A DNA stretch of 64,000 bases from Hypanus sabinus (taxonomy: Eukaryota). Below, piece after piece: positions 1-11,339 of this stretch. Numbering within the stretch: the first letter of the stretch is position 1; each line of letters opens with the position of its first letter. Where the stretch lies: positions 108,810,001 through 108,874,000 of the forward strand of contig NC_082709.1 in NCBI RefSeq assembly GCF_030144855.1, in the 5' to 3' direction. The translations under genes and the position numbers were made by a program. The notes beneath the pieces were generated by a model, which saw only the letters and a program-made list of their open reading frames with translations, was not told the origin of the DNA and did no database searches.

Positions 1-1339
1 ACCAGGTCTGTGATGAAATGGCATTTTCCTGGTTTGGAAGAGAACTCAGCATCTCAATACCACTTTGAAACAAAGCAGTCTATTTGATTTTCAACTCATT
101 CATTAAAAGCTTAAATCTCTCCATGAAGTAGGAAGAATTGCTGTGGGTCAAACCACAGGCTGTGGGCTGGAAATGGGGCAAAATAAGTTGAAGAAAACTT
201 GCTGTGACAAAGACAAGCACATTGAATCTAAAGTTCTCCAGTATTTAAATTGCAGCAATTTCTGATCATCCAAAACTGATTGTTCAACAAACAGAGCCAT
301 AATTTTTGGCATCCATTTCCCTTTGAACTAACTTTTTATTAAAAGGCAGGTACAAAACCACTTTAAATTTATATAGAAGCATTTAAAGTAATTCAAGCCC
401 CAAGATAAACATAGAACTCTACACAGAAATTCACTCCTCTTCAGTATTAAGTCCGTCTTTAATCAATTGAGCCCCTGTATAATATTGCAGTGTAGCAAAA
501 GCACCTCTGATCTTACAAGTCCCTTTCCGTACGACAACAGACAGAACAGTTTAGTGCAGAGAATGGTTTGGGGATCTGGGCCATAATGAAAAATGCAACA
601 ACTAAATTGAGGTCAAGGTTAACCTTTCCTGTTCAATAGTTTCATTAGGACCAAGTCTGCTAAACTAGTATTAACTGTATTCCAATGCCAGTTAACAAAC
701 ACAATGCTAGGACTAGCATTCAAGTCTCAAAGACATCACTTTGAGATCTTCAATTATGAAATGGCGTATTGTGATTTCTAAACAAGTGAAAATTTAAAAA
801 GCACTCGATCTCCTCCTCCCTTTGTGCCGCTGGAAAGGATAAGCAAGGTCAGAGCCTCATTCACATTCCACTCCAAGAAACAAACTGACACCAGCAGTGG
901 AGAGAGGTAGAGGGTGAAGCGGGGTTGAAAGGGAAGTGCGTGACCAGTCGGCAGCAGTGAATAACCTCAGCTGGAATACACACCCAAAGCTGAAAATGCA
1001 GTTAATTAGAGTAACTCATGGTACAGTTCAACACACCAAAGGACGGGCATGTTTTCCATATGTAAGCATTTACCCTGCTCCAATTCAGTCCTTCCTTTGA
1101 CCTGGAGCTCTAATCCAGGTCTTTGCCTTCAGTCTCTTTCCCAGAAACTACATTTGCACCATAAACTACAGCAAAAACATCTGGTCACCAGAACCTGTCT
1201 TCAATCTCTATTAACTCCTCTTGCTCAGCATTTTTCCCCCTTTGCCATTTCCTCTGATATATAAAAACACTTCAGTTAACCCTCCCACACTGCTCTCAAA
1301 CCACATTTTTCCCCCCAAACAGTTGATATATTCCAAGAG

Positions 1340-2170
1340 TTGCCATTACAACAAGAGGGCATACAGGAGTGAGATATGCCAACGAGTGGGACGGTGCCGC
1401 AGCAACAACCTGGCATTCAATGTCAGTAAGACGAAAGAGCTGACTGTCGACTTCAGGAAGGAACACATACCAGTCCTCAGAGGGAACACAAGTGGAGAGA
1501 GTGAGCAGTTTCAAGTTCCTTGGTGGCAAGATCTCTGAGGATCTGACCTGGTCCCAACATATTGATGTAGTTATAAAGAAGGCAAGACAACAGCTATACT
1601 TTATTAGGAGTTTGAAGAGATTTGGCATGTCAACAAATACACTCAAAAACTTCTATAGTTGTACCGTGGAGAGCATTCTGACAGGCTGCATCACTGTCTG
1701 GTATGGAGGGGCTACTGCACAGGATCGAAAGAAGCTGCAGCAGGTTGTAAATCTAGTCAGCTCCATCTTGGGCACTGGCCTACAAAGTACCTAGACATCT
1801 TTAGGGAGCGGTGTCTCAGAAAGGCAGCAGCCATTATTAAGCCTCAGCACCCAGGGCATGGCCTTTTCTCACTGTTACCATCAGGTAGGAGGTACAGAAG
1901 CCTGAAGGCACACACTCAGTGATTCAGGAACAGCTTCTTCCTCTCTACCATCCAATTCCTAAATGGACATTGAAACTTTGGACACTACCTCACTTTTTAA
2001 AAAAAATACCGTATCTCTGTTTTAATCTATTCAATATACATAATTGATCTACTTGTTCATTTATTATGTTTTATTTTATTCTTTCTCTCTGCTAGATTAT
2101 GTGTGACATTGAACGGCTGCAGTTAACAAATTTTACGTCAATGCTGATGATAATAAACCTGATTCTGTCT
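1340..2170 (+). mobile_element. 5'-truncated non-LTR retrotransposon 3' end (Rex/Babar- or L2-like RT C-terminus)
   Basis: Frameshifted ORFs NNLAFNVSKTKELTVDFRK, VSSFKFLG..ISEDLTWSQHID..KKARQQLYF, HPGHGLFSLLPSGRRYRS; AATAAA-containing tail near 2151. Confidence 0.85.
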
Positions 2171-3089
2171 CTGTAACTGGAAGAAATTGGATACACAGCA
2201 AGCAGAGTCTCTACACATTTGAAATAAATGGAACTCATTAGTGAAAGTGTGAATATCCTGTGATTTAACCAGCAGGTCACTGAGTGAAGGATACGAGAAA
2301 CAATCTTCTGGAAGAGGTGAAGCATGAGTGAAGGATAATGACATGATGTACACAACCTCCAGTGTCATCATTCAGAACAGCGTGATCTCTAGATGTGACA
2401 CAAGAACAATCTGTTCATTGCCAGTTGTGGTGTCATGGCATTTAAATTTATTCAAGTATGGTCATTTCCCAGACCCAACTTCTACTTCCACATGAAGGCT
2501 GAAAAGAAATAACTACCAGTGAAGGAAACCCCTCTCTCATTTTGCCCCCCCCCCCACTAACCATCTTGAATTACCCTCACTTGCTTGAACCTGAACCTTC
2601 ATGATAACAAACAGCTCCAGCAAACCCTCTCTCCGCTGCCTTCGCTCAAAGTTCTTTATCCTGATCCATTCAGGAAATCCGTTCCATGTTTTCTCCTCCA
2701 CATCCTTTCCTCAATAGCACAAATATTTGGAGGGAAAAATCAGAACCTTACCGTTTAATGCAAAAAAATGGACAGGAAGTAATTTTAGACTAAGTCCTAC
2801 ATACTATACCCGAGTAGGCTAATATCTTTGTACTAGTCTGATTTATGCATTTATTTTGCTACGACACTTGACTGAAAGATCATGTTGGCTGACCCCATCA
2901 CCCAGGCTGGCCTTCCAACCAATAGCCACACTTACCTGGCCAGATGCAATTACCTGGCCAGATGCAGAGGGCTGTTACACTGGCCTGGAGAGGCGTGTAT
3001 CATCTAGATGCAGGTCTCGGGCTGAGCACAGAGTGCACCATCGATACATCCTGACAAACTCCAGAAGCTGCTAGTGTTTCATGAGTCAT

Positions 3090-3830
3090 GCATTCTGATT
3101 AATTGGGCCGACGGTAAGCAGCTGCCCCGATTAATTTTGGGCAACTCAAAGAAAAACTAATTGAGAAAATAGCTGGATTTCCTTTGTTCATTTGGGACAC
3201 TAAGCTGCTTAATTGGGACAGGAGACCGTTACCCAACAGTTTCTAACTAGTGTCACTCAAGCGTTGGACACTACACCATGCTTAGGATGAACAGTTTTAA
3301 AATAACACCAGTTGCATGTGTTTGTGTTCAATCACCGGTGATTTTTTGTCACTGATCATCGGTGAGAAAATAAGCAGCAAGACAATTCAGAAGTGTTTTG
3401 CTCTTTATGGCTTCCAGCACTCACAACTTGGAGATGCCAGAAATGGGTGGGAGCGAAAATGGAACGATTTCACTACTTCAATAAGTTAGGAACTACAAAG
3501 AATACAAAGGTATCGACAATCATCTTGAATGTTACAATGATTTTGAGGATGCAATTATCAGAAGTATTGTATGAAGACTACACTAACTGCGTTAGGCGTC
3601 TGCATTGATTTTGTTCATTTACAGTCAATCAGCAGCGTACACCGGATGAATTCCTCTGCCAATAACCATCAGGAACTAATACAAAGCTTTAGAGTGCAGC
3701 GGTAATATTAGCAGTGGTCCAATTTGTTCTGTATTTCATTTAAATACATAACAAATTAAATGGCAGTTTGTCTTTTTCTTTAAATATTTCCAAAACTTTG
3801 ATTAACATAGGCAGTTGCTTATTCTGCGAG
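3090..3830. mobile_element. Probable decayed Tc1/mariner (Tigger/pogo-like) non-autonomous DNA transposon
   Basis: Repeated TTAATTGGG/CCCGATTAAT subterminal-type motifs; resemblance only, ends not resolved. Confidence 0.35.
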
Positions 3831-3973
3831 AATGGTGTCAGAGCAAACTGAGACCGTGCTTAAATTTCCAACACCCCTGGTTTGAGCAGGGAGTTGTTCT
3901 GTAACTCAAGACAATCCCAGCAGAGCTGATACCTGGTACCTGGAGACGCTTAGCACAATCTGTATTCTCTTAC

Positions 3974-4081
3974 TTGCACATGCTGTGACACGTGCTCGCC
4001 GTATTTCTCCTGGTTTTTGAATCCTCGGTCACAGGTATCGCAGTAGTGTGTGTACACTGGCTCCTTTCTCTTCTTCTTTTT
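3974..4081 (-). CDS. NUFIP1: NUFIP1 coding exon (C2H2 zinc-finger region): [36 protein letters not shown]
   Basis: tag acceptor and GTAAGA donor, 108 nt, phase 0/0; close match to the recalled human NUFIP1 segment [34 protein letters not shown]; syntenic head-to-head with GPALPP1. Confidence 0.95.
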
Positions 4082-5969
4082 CTATTAGAAAGCAAAGCAG
4101 AAAATCGAGTGCCAGTGGCAAATCACAGAACCTTTTCTTCTGCCTCTCCGAAATAACATGGAAAATCTTTCCTGCTTAGAGTAACCAACCCAGCAACTTT
4201 AGCATGTTGAAGGAAGCACCAGAATTGTGTTTTTTTAAAAGAGATAAATAATGACATTGAGCAGTGACGTAATGCACAGTGTAAAGGACCATGATCAAAC
4301 CTTTCCCATTTACTTTCACGATTTAGTAGTTTTGTTCCCAGCAGATTGTAAAGCTACAGCAAGTTATGCCAACATATTGAAGCAGCTGCCTGTCTGTGAC
4401 TTCAGCTGTTTTGCCGTCAAGACCCTTTCCAATAGGTCAGCAAAACTCCAGAGAGACCCTTAGGACCATGTCACAGCTACTGAGTTTAACTTGCCCAATC
4501 TGCCATGCAGCAAGATCGGATGATAAAACTCCACGTATTCCCCAAAGTCCCTTAGCATTTATAGCCCTTCTCAGTGCCAAGCTTTTCCCCCCTCAATCTT
4601 TAATACCATAGAAATCTTGTTCTAATTGTTACTTAATCCAATTTCTGAGGAAAACAAGCCATGTTTCCACAGTTTCTCATAATTCAGTTTTAGTAACCAT
4701 ATGCCTTCCTTGTAAATCTGTACATCATTCTTAAAGACACTGTGCTGGTGGAATGTGACCAGCACATCATATAGCCGGTGAATAAAGTTTACCACAAAAT
4801 ATAGGAGCAGAATTAGCTCATTTAGCTGTCACTCAATCGTAACCGATCCTTTCTCCCCTTCTACTCATTTTTCTGTTTGTCAATATAAAGGCCAATATTC
4901 ACAAGCTTTTAATTATGTTCTGTACAGATCCATGATATTTTAATCATCTATTTGTATGGAATCATGCTTCCTTTTGTATTCTAGTATTTCATTTTTTCCC
5001 AAAGGTGAAAAATAACATTATATTATCTTAGGTCAAAAGGGAATGACTCACATTTGTCTACCAGATTTACCCAGTTACTTGGGACAAATTTGTGCCCAGG
5101 GTTTCACCACTGCTGGACTCCACAATACAGAAGCTGAGTAAAATAGTGACATTGATGGAGGATGCAGCTACCAAACTAGAACGAATGAGCTGTGATTATT
5201 CTGTCAGTAGCAAAAATGGTTGAAAGGGTAGAGGTGCACAAGGTCACGTCTGCTTTAGGTAGATATAATCTGTTCCCTTTTAGGTGGTGGTTCAAGGACC
5301 TGGGAACAAAGATGTTGAAGTTAAAATTTATTAGATGTTAGAGACTGAGGAAGAAGTCCTTACTCATTAGTCACCGAGTGGAACTCGCTGCCTCCAAGGT
5401 GCGTAAAGACAATCAGAGACCTCCAGGGAAACAGAATAGGTACCAGACGAATAAAGTGTAGGACTGAAGAATGAAATACAGCAACTTCTGCTGACTCCTT
5501 CCTAAGAGACAGTATAGACCATATGAACAGAATTAGGCCATTCAGCCCATCAAGTCTGCTCCATGGCTAATCCAGATCCCACTCAAACCCCATACACCTG
5601 CCTTCTCGCTGTATCCTCTGATATCCTGACCGATCAGTTTAAACTCACTGGGCTCTGCCCCGGGCACAGCAATTCAACACTTGAAACCAGACACAGGATC
5701 CAAGCAGTACAAACACTGGACAACAGCGTTCTGTTGCCGGATTAAATTCAGACAGTTCAACTGGCATCTACCAGCAAAGCCTGGACTCCAGTTTAACTCC
5801 ACACACTCCTGACCCTTCCTGGGCTTAGAGTTTGTGCTGACCACTTCCCAAATCAAGTGTTTGCGACCTTGGGTAGGAAATCACTTGCCACAGAAACGAG
5901 CTGCCCGCCTGATCTGGGTCTGCTGCAGGAAGCAGCAACTGGAGTTGCAGTGTGCAAATTTGACATTAC

Positions 5970-6064
5970 CTGGTGCTGTCTGGTGTCAAACTGGTTGTTG
6001 CTCAGGGGCCAGTAGGCTGAATCTTGCTGGTTTGGCCACTTCTGGCAAAACTGGCCGAGGTTAC
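5970..6064 (-). CDS. NUFIP1: Probable NUFIP1 coding exon 2: (G)NLGQFCQKWPNQQDSAYWPLSNNQFDTRQHQ
   Basis: cag acceptor, CAG|GTAATG donor, 95 nt, phase 1 in / phase 0 out, which joins exon 1 and the zinc-finger exon in frame; sequence itself poorly conserved. Confidence 0.7.
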
Positions 6065-6234
6065 CTGGTTTTATTTATGAACAAACGGGGAAAGAGGGAA
6101 CAGAGAAAGGAAGTTAGGCCTTGCATAAACAAACTTAAGTTACTACCCAACATCACAACTGATCATTTAACATTGGAAGCTGACAGAAATTTAACTAATC
6201 TGTAGAGAGTTGAAAAACCAACTTTTCTCTTCTC

Positions 6235-6530
6235 CCTTGCTACCCACTATGCCACTGGCCTTTCGAGCAGCAATGAAGACCCTGCGCCTGTCCGTCCTTT
6301 GCCTCATTCACATGTAGAAAGATTCTTCAGTGTTGTTTCCATGATTTCTTTTATTGACCAGTCAGGGTTGCAGCCCTGAGCTGAACCCCACCAAACCTGA
6401 AGGACTGGTGGACCAGCCTTATTCTGGTCTGTTCGGCATGGGGGACCCTACCAAGGGCCAAAGCATAAAGCCCTGACTCCAGCCAGCATGGCTCTCTAGG
6501 TCATTGAGGCACGCAAGCCCCCAAACCTGA
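6235..6530 (-). mobile_element. Short non-autonomous retroelement (RTE-related by resemblance); same family as 28625-28945
   Basis: Reverse complement matches 28655-28720 (GGCTTGCGTGCCTCAATGACC..CTGGAGTCAGGGC). Confidence 0.55.
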
Positions 6531-6704
6531 GGTACTGCAAAGTACAAATAAATACCAACATTGAAATACATGTTAAAAATGTCAAAAATAGGATCCTTGC
6601 AGACTGAAACAGCTCTGGTATGAACCAAAGCATACTTTTGTGCCTAGTTAACCTAGGTACATTCAAACCGTGCCCGAAAGCAGTGCAGCTTCATTCAACT
6701 GCCA

Positions 6705-6942
6705 CAGTAGCGGAGTGAGTCGTGTAGTCAGTCGGTGTCAGGGTTCGGAGTTGAATATGGGGTCCTCTGCAAGTAGTCAGTACGTCCTTCCCGTGGAATG
6801 CGAGGGGATTCGCCAGGTTTCCTTCCACAGTCCAAAGACGTACCGGGTAGGTCATTGTAAACCGTCCTGCGATGACATTAGGGTTAACTGGGCAGTGCAG
6901 TCGAAGGACTGGAGGGGCCTGTTCTGTATCTCAATAAATAAA
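6705..6942 (+). mobile_element. tRNA-derived V-SINE-like element
   Basis: V-domain-like GGTTTCCTTCCACAGTCCAAAGACGTACC; AATAAATAAA tail. Confidence 0.6.
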
Positions 6943-7689
6943 GCACCGTGTAATGGGTTCAATAACAGTCAGTGGAAGGAACAGCTTGGGATTAGATCGA
7001 GAGTTTTGTTTACTCACTGACAAGGTTTAAGTGAATTCCGTTACAAAGCCCAGAGCTGGAAAGCGGTTATTCATTCAGGTCTCAATTGGACACAGGCAAT
7101 TTAAATCAAATCAAGTGAGCTCCATTTGATAGTTTCTTATTAAAAATGCACTCAACAATCCTCACAGATACCCATTTGCTGAATATTTATGGGAACAGTG
7201 AGGATGTCACAATTAAAAAAATCACACAGCACGTAAACAACTCAAAACAAGTTTCAAAGAACAGTATAGCCCAGGAACAGTCCCTGCAGCCCAGACCCTC
7301 GTGCAGAACTAATTAAATCAGCTATTAAATGCCCAACTGAACCAATTCCTTCTGCTACACAACGTCCAGACCCTCCATTTGCTGTATATTCACATACCTA
7401 TCCAAGCTTTTACACACATTCCAGGCATCCACCACTCTCCATACAAAATACTTGACCCATACACCTCCTTTGAGCCTATCCCCTCCACACCCTCTAGTAT
7501 TAAACATTTCGACCCTGGGATAAAGATACCAGCTCTCTACAGCTCTTATGACCTTCTAAACTTCAGTCAAGTGTCCGCCCCAGCCTCCACTGCTCCAGAG
7601 AAAACCTTTCCTGACAGCACGTGCTCTAATCCAAGATCCTTCCCAATGGGGCCACCCAGAGAGGAAAGCAATACCACAGATGCGTCTCC

Positions 7690-8720
7690 TTGAGCCTTAT
7701 AAAGCTCCAGCGCTGAATGCCATGTTTGTTTGCTGACGACAATGCGGTTGTTGGCTGAATCAACAGCGATGACGATTTGTTTGTATCGGTGGAAGTCTGG
7801 CTGAATGATGCCACAGTTTCAGCATTCTCTCACCCAATGTCAGCAAAACCAAAGGGCATATTATCAAGTGCAGGAAAAAAGAAGCCAGGGGTCCACAAGC
7901 CAGTCTTCACTGGGGGATCGGTGGGTCAGCTCCTTGGTGTTATCAGAGATTCTGTCCTGGGACCAGCACGCAAAGAAGGCACAGCAGCACTTTGACTTTA
8001 AGAACTCTGCTGAGATTCAGAATGTCACCCAAATCTTTTGAGATGCACAGTGGAGAGCATCAGGCCCTGATGAGGTGCCTGGCAGGGCACTGTAAACCTC
8101 TGCCAACTGGCCGGAGTGTTCAAGGAATACTTCAACCTCTGACTGCAGTCGGAGGCTCACAATCCAAGAAGAGCAGCACGAGCTTCCGCGACAACTGTCG
8201 CCCAGTGACACTCACATCTACGATGATGGAGAACTTTGAGAGGTTGGTCACGGCCAGAATCGACTGCTGCCTGAGCAACCACCTGGGCCCACTGCGACTT
8301 CCTCCCACCACAATCCGTCCAGAGCTGATGCAATCGTACCGGCTGCCATTCAGCCTTGGGTCACAATACCGACATCTGGCTGCTGTTTACAGCTCAGAAT
8401 TCACTAAAGACTCCAGCAAATTTCTACAGATGTTCCGTGGGGACCATTCTGAGTGGCTGCATTACCATCTGGTACGGCTGGGGGCTACGTGCAGACTCAA
8501 CCTGCTCGATTGTGGGCTCTAGCCTCCCCACCAGAGGACATTTTCCAAACATAGTGCCTCAGGATTGGAGCGTTTATCATCAAAGACACTCACTGCGCAA
8601 GACATGCCCTCTTTTCAGAACAACCATCTGGGAGTAGCTACAAGGAGACCGAAGATACACACGTTTTAAGAAAACCTTATTTTCCTCTGCCCTCAGATTT
8701 CTAAACCGTCCATGATTAAA
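7690..8720 (+). mobile_element. Rearranged, decayed Rex/Babar/L2-like LINE fragments
   Basis: Remnant motifs DNCRPVTLTSTMMENFERLV and NFYRCSVGTILSGCITIWYG. Confidence 0.7.
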
Positions 8721-8827
8721 GTGTCGGGGAAGATTGAAGTCTTTGAGGGGAGAGTTCAGTGCTGCCTACCAGCCCCTAAAGGCGTCCGCACATGATGGTC
8801 TCCACCCTCCCTCTCACTGTTCCAGAT

Positions 8828-9035
8828 GGAAGGTCCTGTGCTTGAAGGGTCTCTCCCCCCCCCCCCCACTGCTCCTGAGGGAAGGTCCTGTGCTCAAAGG
8901 GTCTCTCTCTCTCTCTACCCCCCCCCCCATGCTCCTGAGGGAAGGTCCAGTGCTCGAAGGGTCTCTCTCCCTCTCTTCCCCCCTCTCATTGTTCCTGAGG
9001 GAAGGTTCTGTGCTCGAAGGGTCTCTCTCTCTCTC
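8828..9035 (+). repeat. Minisatellite, 4 copies of a 52-60 bp unit (GGAAGGTCCTGTGCTCGAAGGGTCTCTC + C/T tract)
   Basis: Units start at about 8828, 8880, 8940 and 9000. Confidence 0.9.
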
Positions 9036-9129
9036 CACTGTCAGAGGACGGTACCAAGGTTACTGGTCTGCGTTTTGTGGATGGGCCTGTAGCTCCTGGC
9101 CACTCCTCTTTCTGTTGTCGTTTTGCTAC

Positions 9130-9940
9130 TGCTGCCGCAGAACAGATTTCACAACGTATGACATTGGAAGAGCTCGAGGCCTGGTTCCAGGCAAATAATC
9201 CCTTCCTTGATGTTACCAAGACAAAGGAGATGGGTTTTTACTTCAGGAAAACTCACACCAACCCCCACTACATCAAGGGCACAGAGTGCAGGTCTCACAC
9301 CAGCTTCTCGGGGCAAACATCTTACAGTCAGAAAAGCTCTCCAACAACTCTGTGAGGAAGCTGAGAACTGGAGTTTGTATATCCGTACTTACTGTATTCC
9401 ACATCACACAGTACGGAGCATCGCACTCCTGTCGAGCTCCAATGTGCTTGGTACTGAAACTCCACTGCAGTGGGCAGCAAGGCTTGGCAATGGGCAGTCA
9501 AAGGTGCCCAACACACCCCTGGTACCAGACAACCCAGCAGCACGGACAGACTGTAGATACATCGGCAGGCCAGTAACACTGTGAAGGATCACACACCCTG
9601 CTCATGGACAGTTTGTCCCACTCCCATCAGGGAGGCTAAGTTGCATCCACAGCAGGACCACCAAACTCAAACAGTTCCTTTGCCCAAGCAGTAATCCCAA
9701 TCAACTCAACTCCACCTCTCCACCAGTCACCAGGCTAGTGTCACTTTAGTGGCATATGATCAATGTATAAAAGCTAATTCATGTATCTAGTTATTGTATT
9801 TATTTTATTATTATTGGGCTCTATCTTTCATGACATTTTTTATGCTGTATCAGATGTGAAGTAACAATTATTTCATTCTCCTTTACTCTCATGTACAGGA
9901 AATGACTTCAGCAATCTTGTTTAATAAACCTGATTCTAAC
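9130..9940 (+). mobile_element. Decayed LINE 3' fragment (Rex/L2-like)
   Basis: WFQANNPFLDVTKTKEM remnant; HPAHG..PLPSG remnant; AT-rich tail. Confidence 0.65.
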
Positions 9941-10289
9941 TGCAAGCAATCTGACAAGCAGACTGTGAAGAATAAATACCAGCCTTAATTACATACAGAT
10001 CATCTACATACAATTCCAACACACGATTAACCTCCCGTGACTTCTAACAAATATTACTCATCCTGGAAACAACTTCTGATTAGCACTCATAAATTCCCTC
10101 CATAGTGCAGCTCGATTTTAGCCCAAACACACAGTGTGCATTTCATTCAATGCACACTGAAAACTAATTTCCTTTCCTCTTTTTAAATCTCTGCAAGCTG
10201 TTTTTGATCAGGCAGTCTTCAGACATTGTGAATTAACCCTTTTGTGCATCATGGGCCCCACTCAGCAAGTTGCCTTTTTTAAAGAAAAA

Positions 10290-10790
10290 ACACCAAGGTT
10301 TATCCCATAAGACACAGAAGCAGAATTAGGCCACTCAGTCCATGGAGTTTGCTTTGCCATTCTATTATGAATAACTTATTACACCTCTACCCCACCCCGC
10401 TGCCCATAACCTTTCACACCCTCACTATTCAAGTACCTAACAACCTCCAGACACGTCCAAATTCCGTCATCCAAATCACTGACGAGCATAAATAAAGCAC
10501 CTCCACCACCGACCCCTATGGAAAACCACGAGTCACCAGGAGCCAACCTGAAAAGGCCCCTTTATTCCCAGTCTTCACCGCCTGCCAGCCAGCCAGCCAA
10601 TTCTCTATCCGTGCTGGTATCTTTCCTGTAACACCATAGGCTCTTCCCTCGCCTTGTAGGACACCTCGTCAAAGGCTTTCTGAGAATCTAGGTGAACGAC
10701 ATCCACCCGTTATCGCCTCAGAGATTTGCCGGGCAAGGCTTTCCCCTGAGGAAACCAGGCTGACTTCAGTCTATTTTATCCTGAGCCTGA
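10290..10790 (-). mobile_element. Decayed CR1 LINE fragment
   Basis: Similar to the CR1 copies at 35400-37170 and 41940-43740 (CATAAGACACAGAAGCAGAATTAGGCC end; AAAAGGCCCCTTTATTCCC). Confidence 0.6.
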
Positions 10791-10857
10791 AGCATCGTCC
10801 CCAGCGCTGAGATCAGACGAACTCACCCCGTCTCACCCGACAAGAGAATCAGTTTAC

Positions 10858-11002
10858 CCTGAAACTGGCCGGCGCCCAACCAGGACGAGTGGCGGTACCC
10901 GGCACCCCAGGGTGGCCCGAACCTCGGGGCTCCCCCATCCCACACAGGAGGGTGCTGCTGCGGAGGGAAGACCGGCGGCGGGTAGAATCCCGACTGGCTC
11001 AT
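10858..11002 (-). CDS. NUFIP1: NUFIP1 coding exon 1: MSQSGFYPPPVFPPQQHPPVWDGGAPRFGPPWGAGYRHSSWLGAGQFQ(G)
   Basis: ATG at 11002 in a CpG island, purine at -3; proline-rich N-terminus; CAG G|GTAAAC donor (phase 1); divergent from GPALPP1 as in other vertebrates. Confidence 0.8.
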
Positions 11003-11330
11003 TTCCCCAGGAAAGGCGCAGCCGCCATTAACTATCACCACATGCCGGCGCCTGCCTTTACGTCATTCCCCGCCGCCGCGCCGGATGATGACGACTCGCC
11101 GGCGCTTGTTGTTTCGTCATTTCTTGCCCACTTGGCGGAACTCAGCCTGCCGGGCGGCGTGTCGGTCCGAATCGTCCTCGGTGGTTTTTTCCCCACAGAC
11201 GCTGCCTGGCCTGCGAGTTCCTCCAACGTTTCGTGTGTGTTGATTGGATTTCCAGCGTCTGCAGATTCTCTGTCAGCCGGCCGAACAGTCACTACATGCT
11301 GGCGCTTAATTTACACGTCATTCTCCCTCT
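11003..11330. promoter_or_regulatory. NUFIP1-side CpG-island promoter (YY1-like GCCGCCATTA at 11021, CRE half-sites CGTCA, inverted CCAAT near 11243)
   Basis: High GC/CpG; motifs read directly; position upstream of the NUFIP1 ATG. Confidence 0.65.
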
Positions 11331-11339
11331 GATCTCTAC

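Noticed and set aside
1049-1260. Possible further NUFIP1 exon after a minus-strand tatcag acceptor
   Set aside because: All three frames hit stops within about 70 nt and none matches the expected C..DCSF.AHEKIV..HW peptide; the next exon was not found in the window
2307-2322. TCTGGAAGAGGTGAAG (SGRGE) resembling GTF2F2 exon 2
   Set aside because: Flanks do not encode VPKYLSQQW or VGKLRI, and it is far upstream of exon 1; chance match
8828-9035. Tandem unit CTGAGGGA..GAAGGGTC looks loosely like a multimeric hammerhead (retrozyme)
   Set aside because: Core is CUGAGGGA and GAAG rather than CUGANGA and GAAA, with no convincing stems; treated as an ordinary minisatellite
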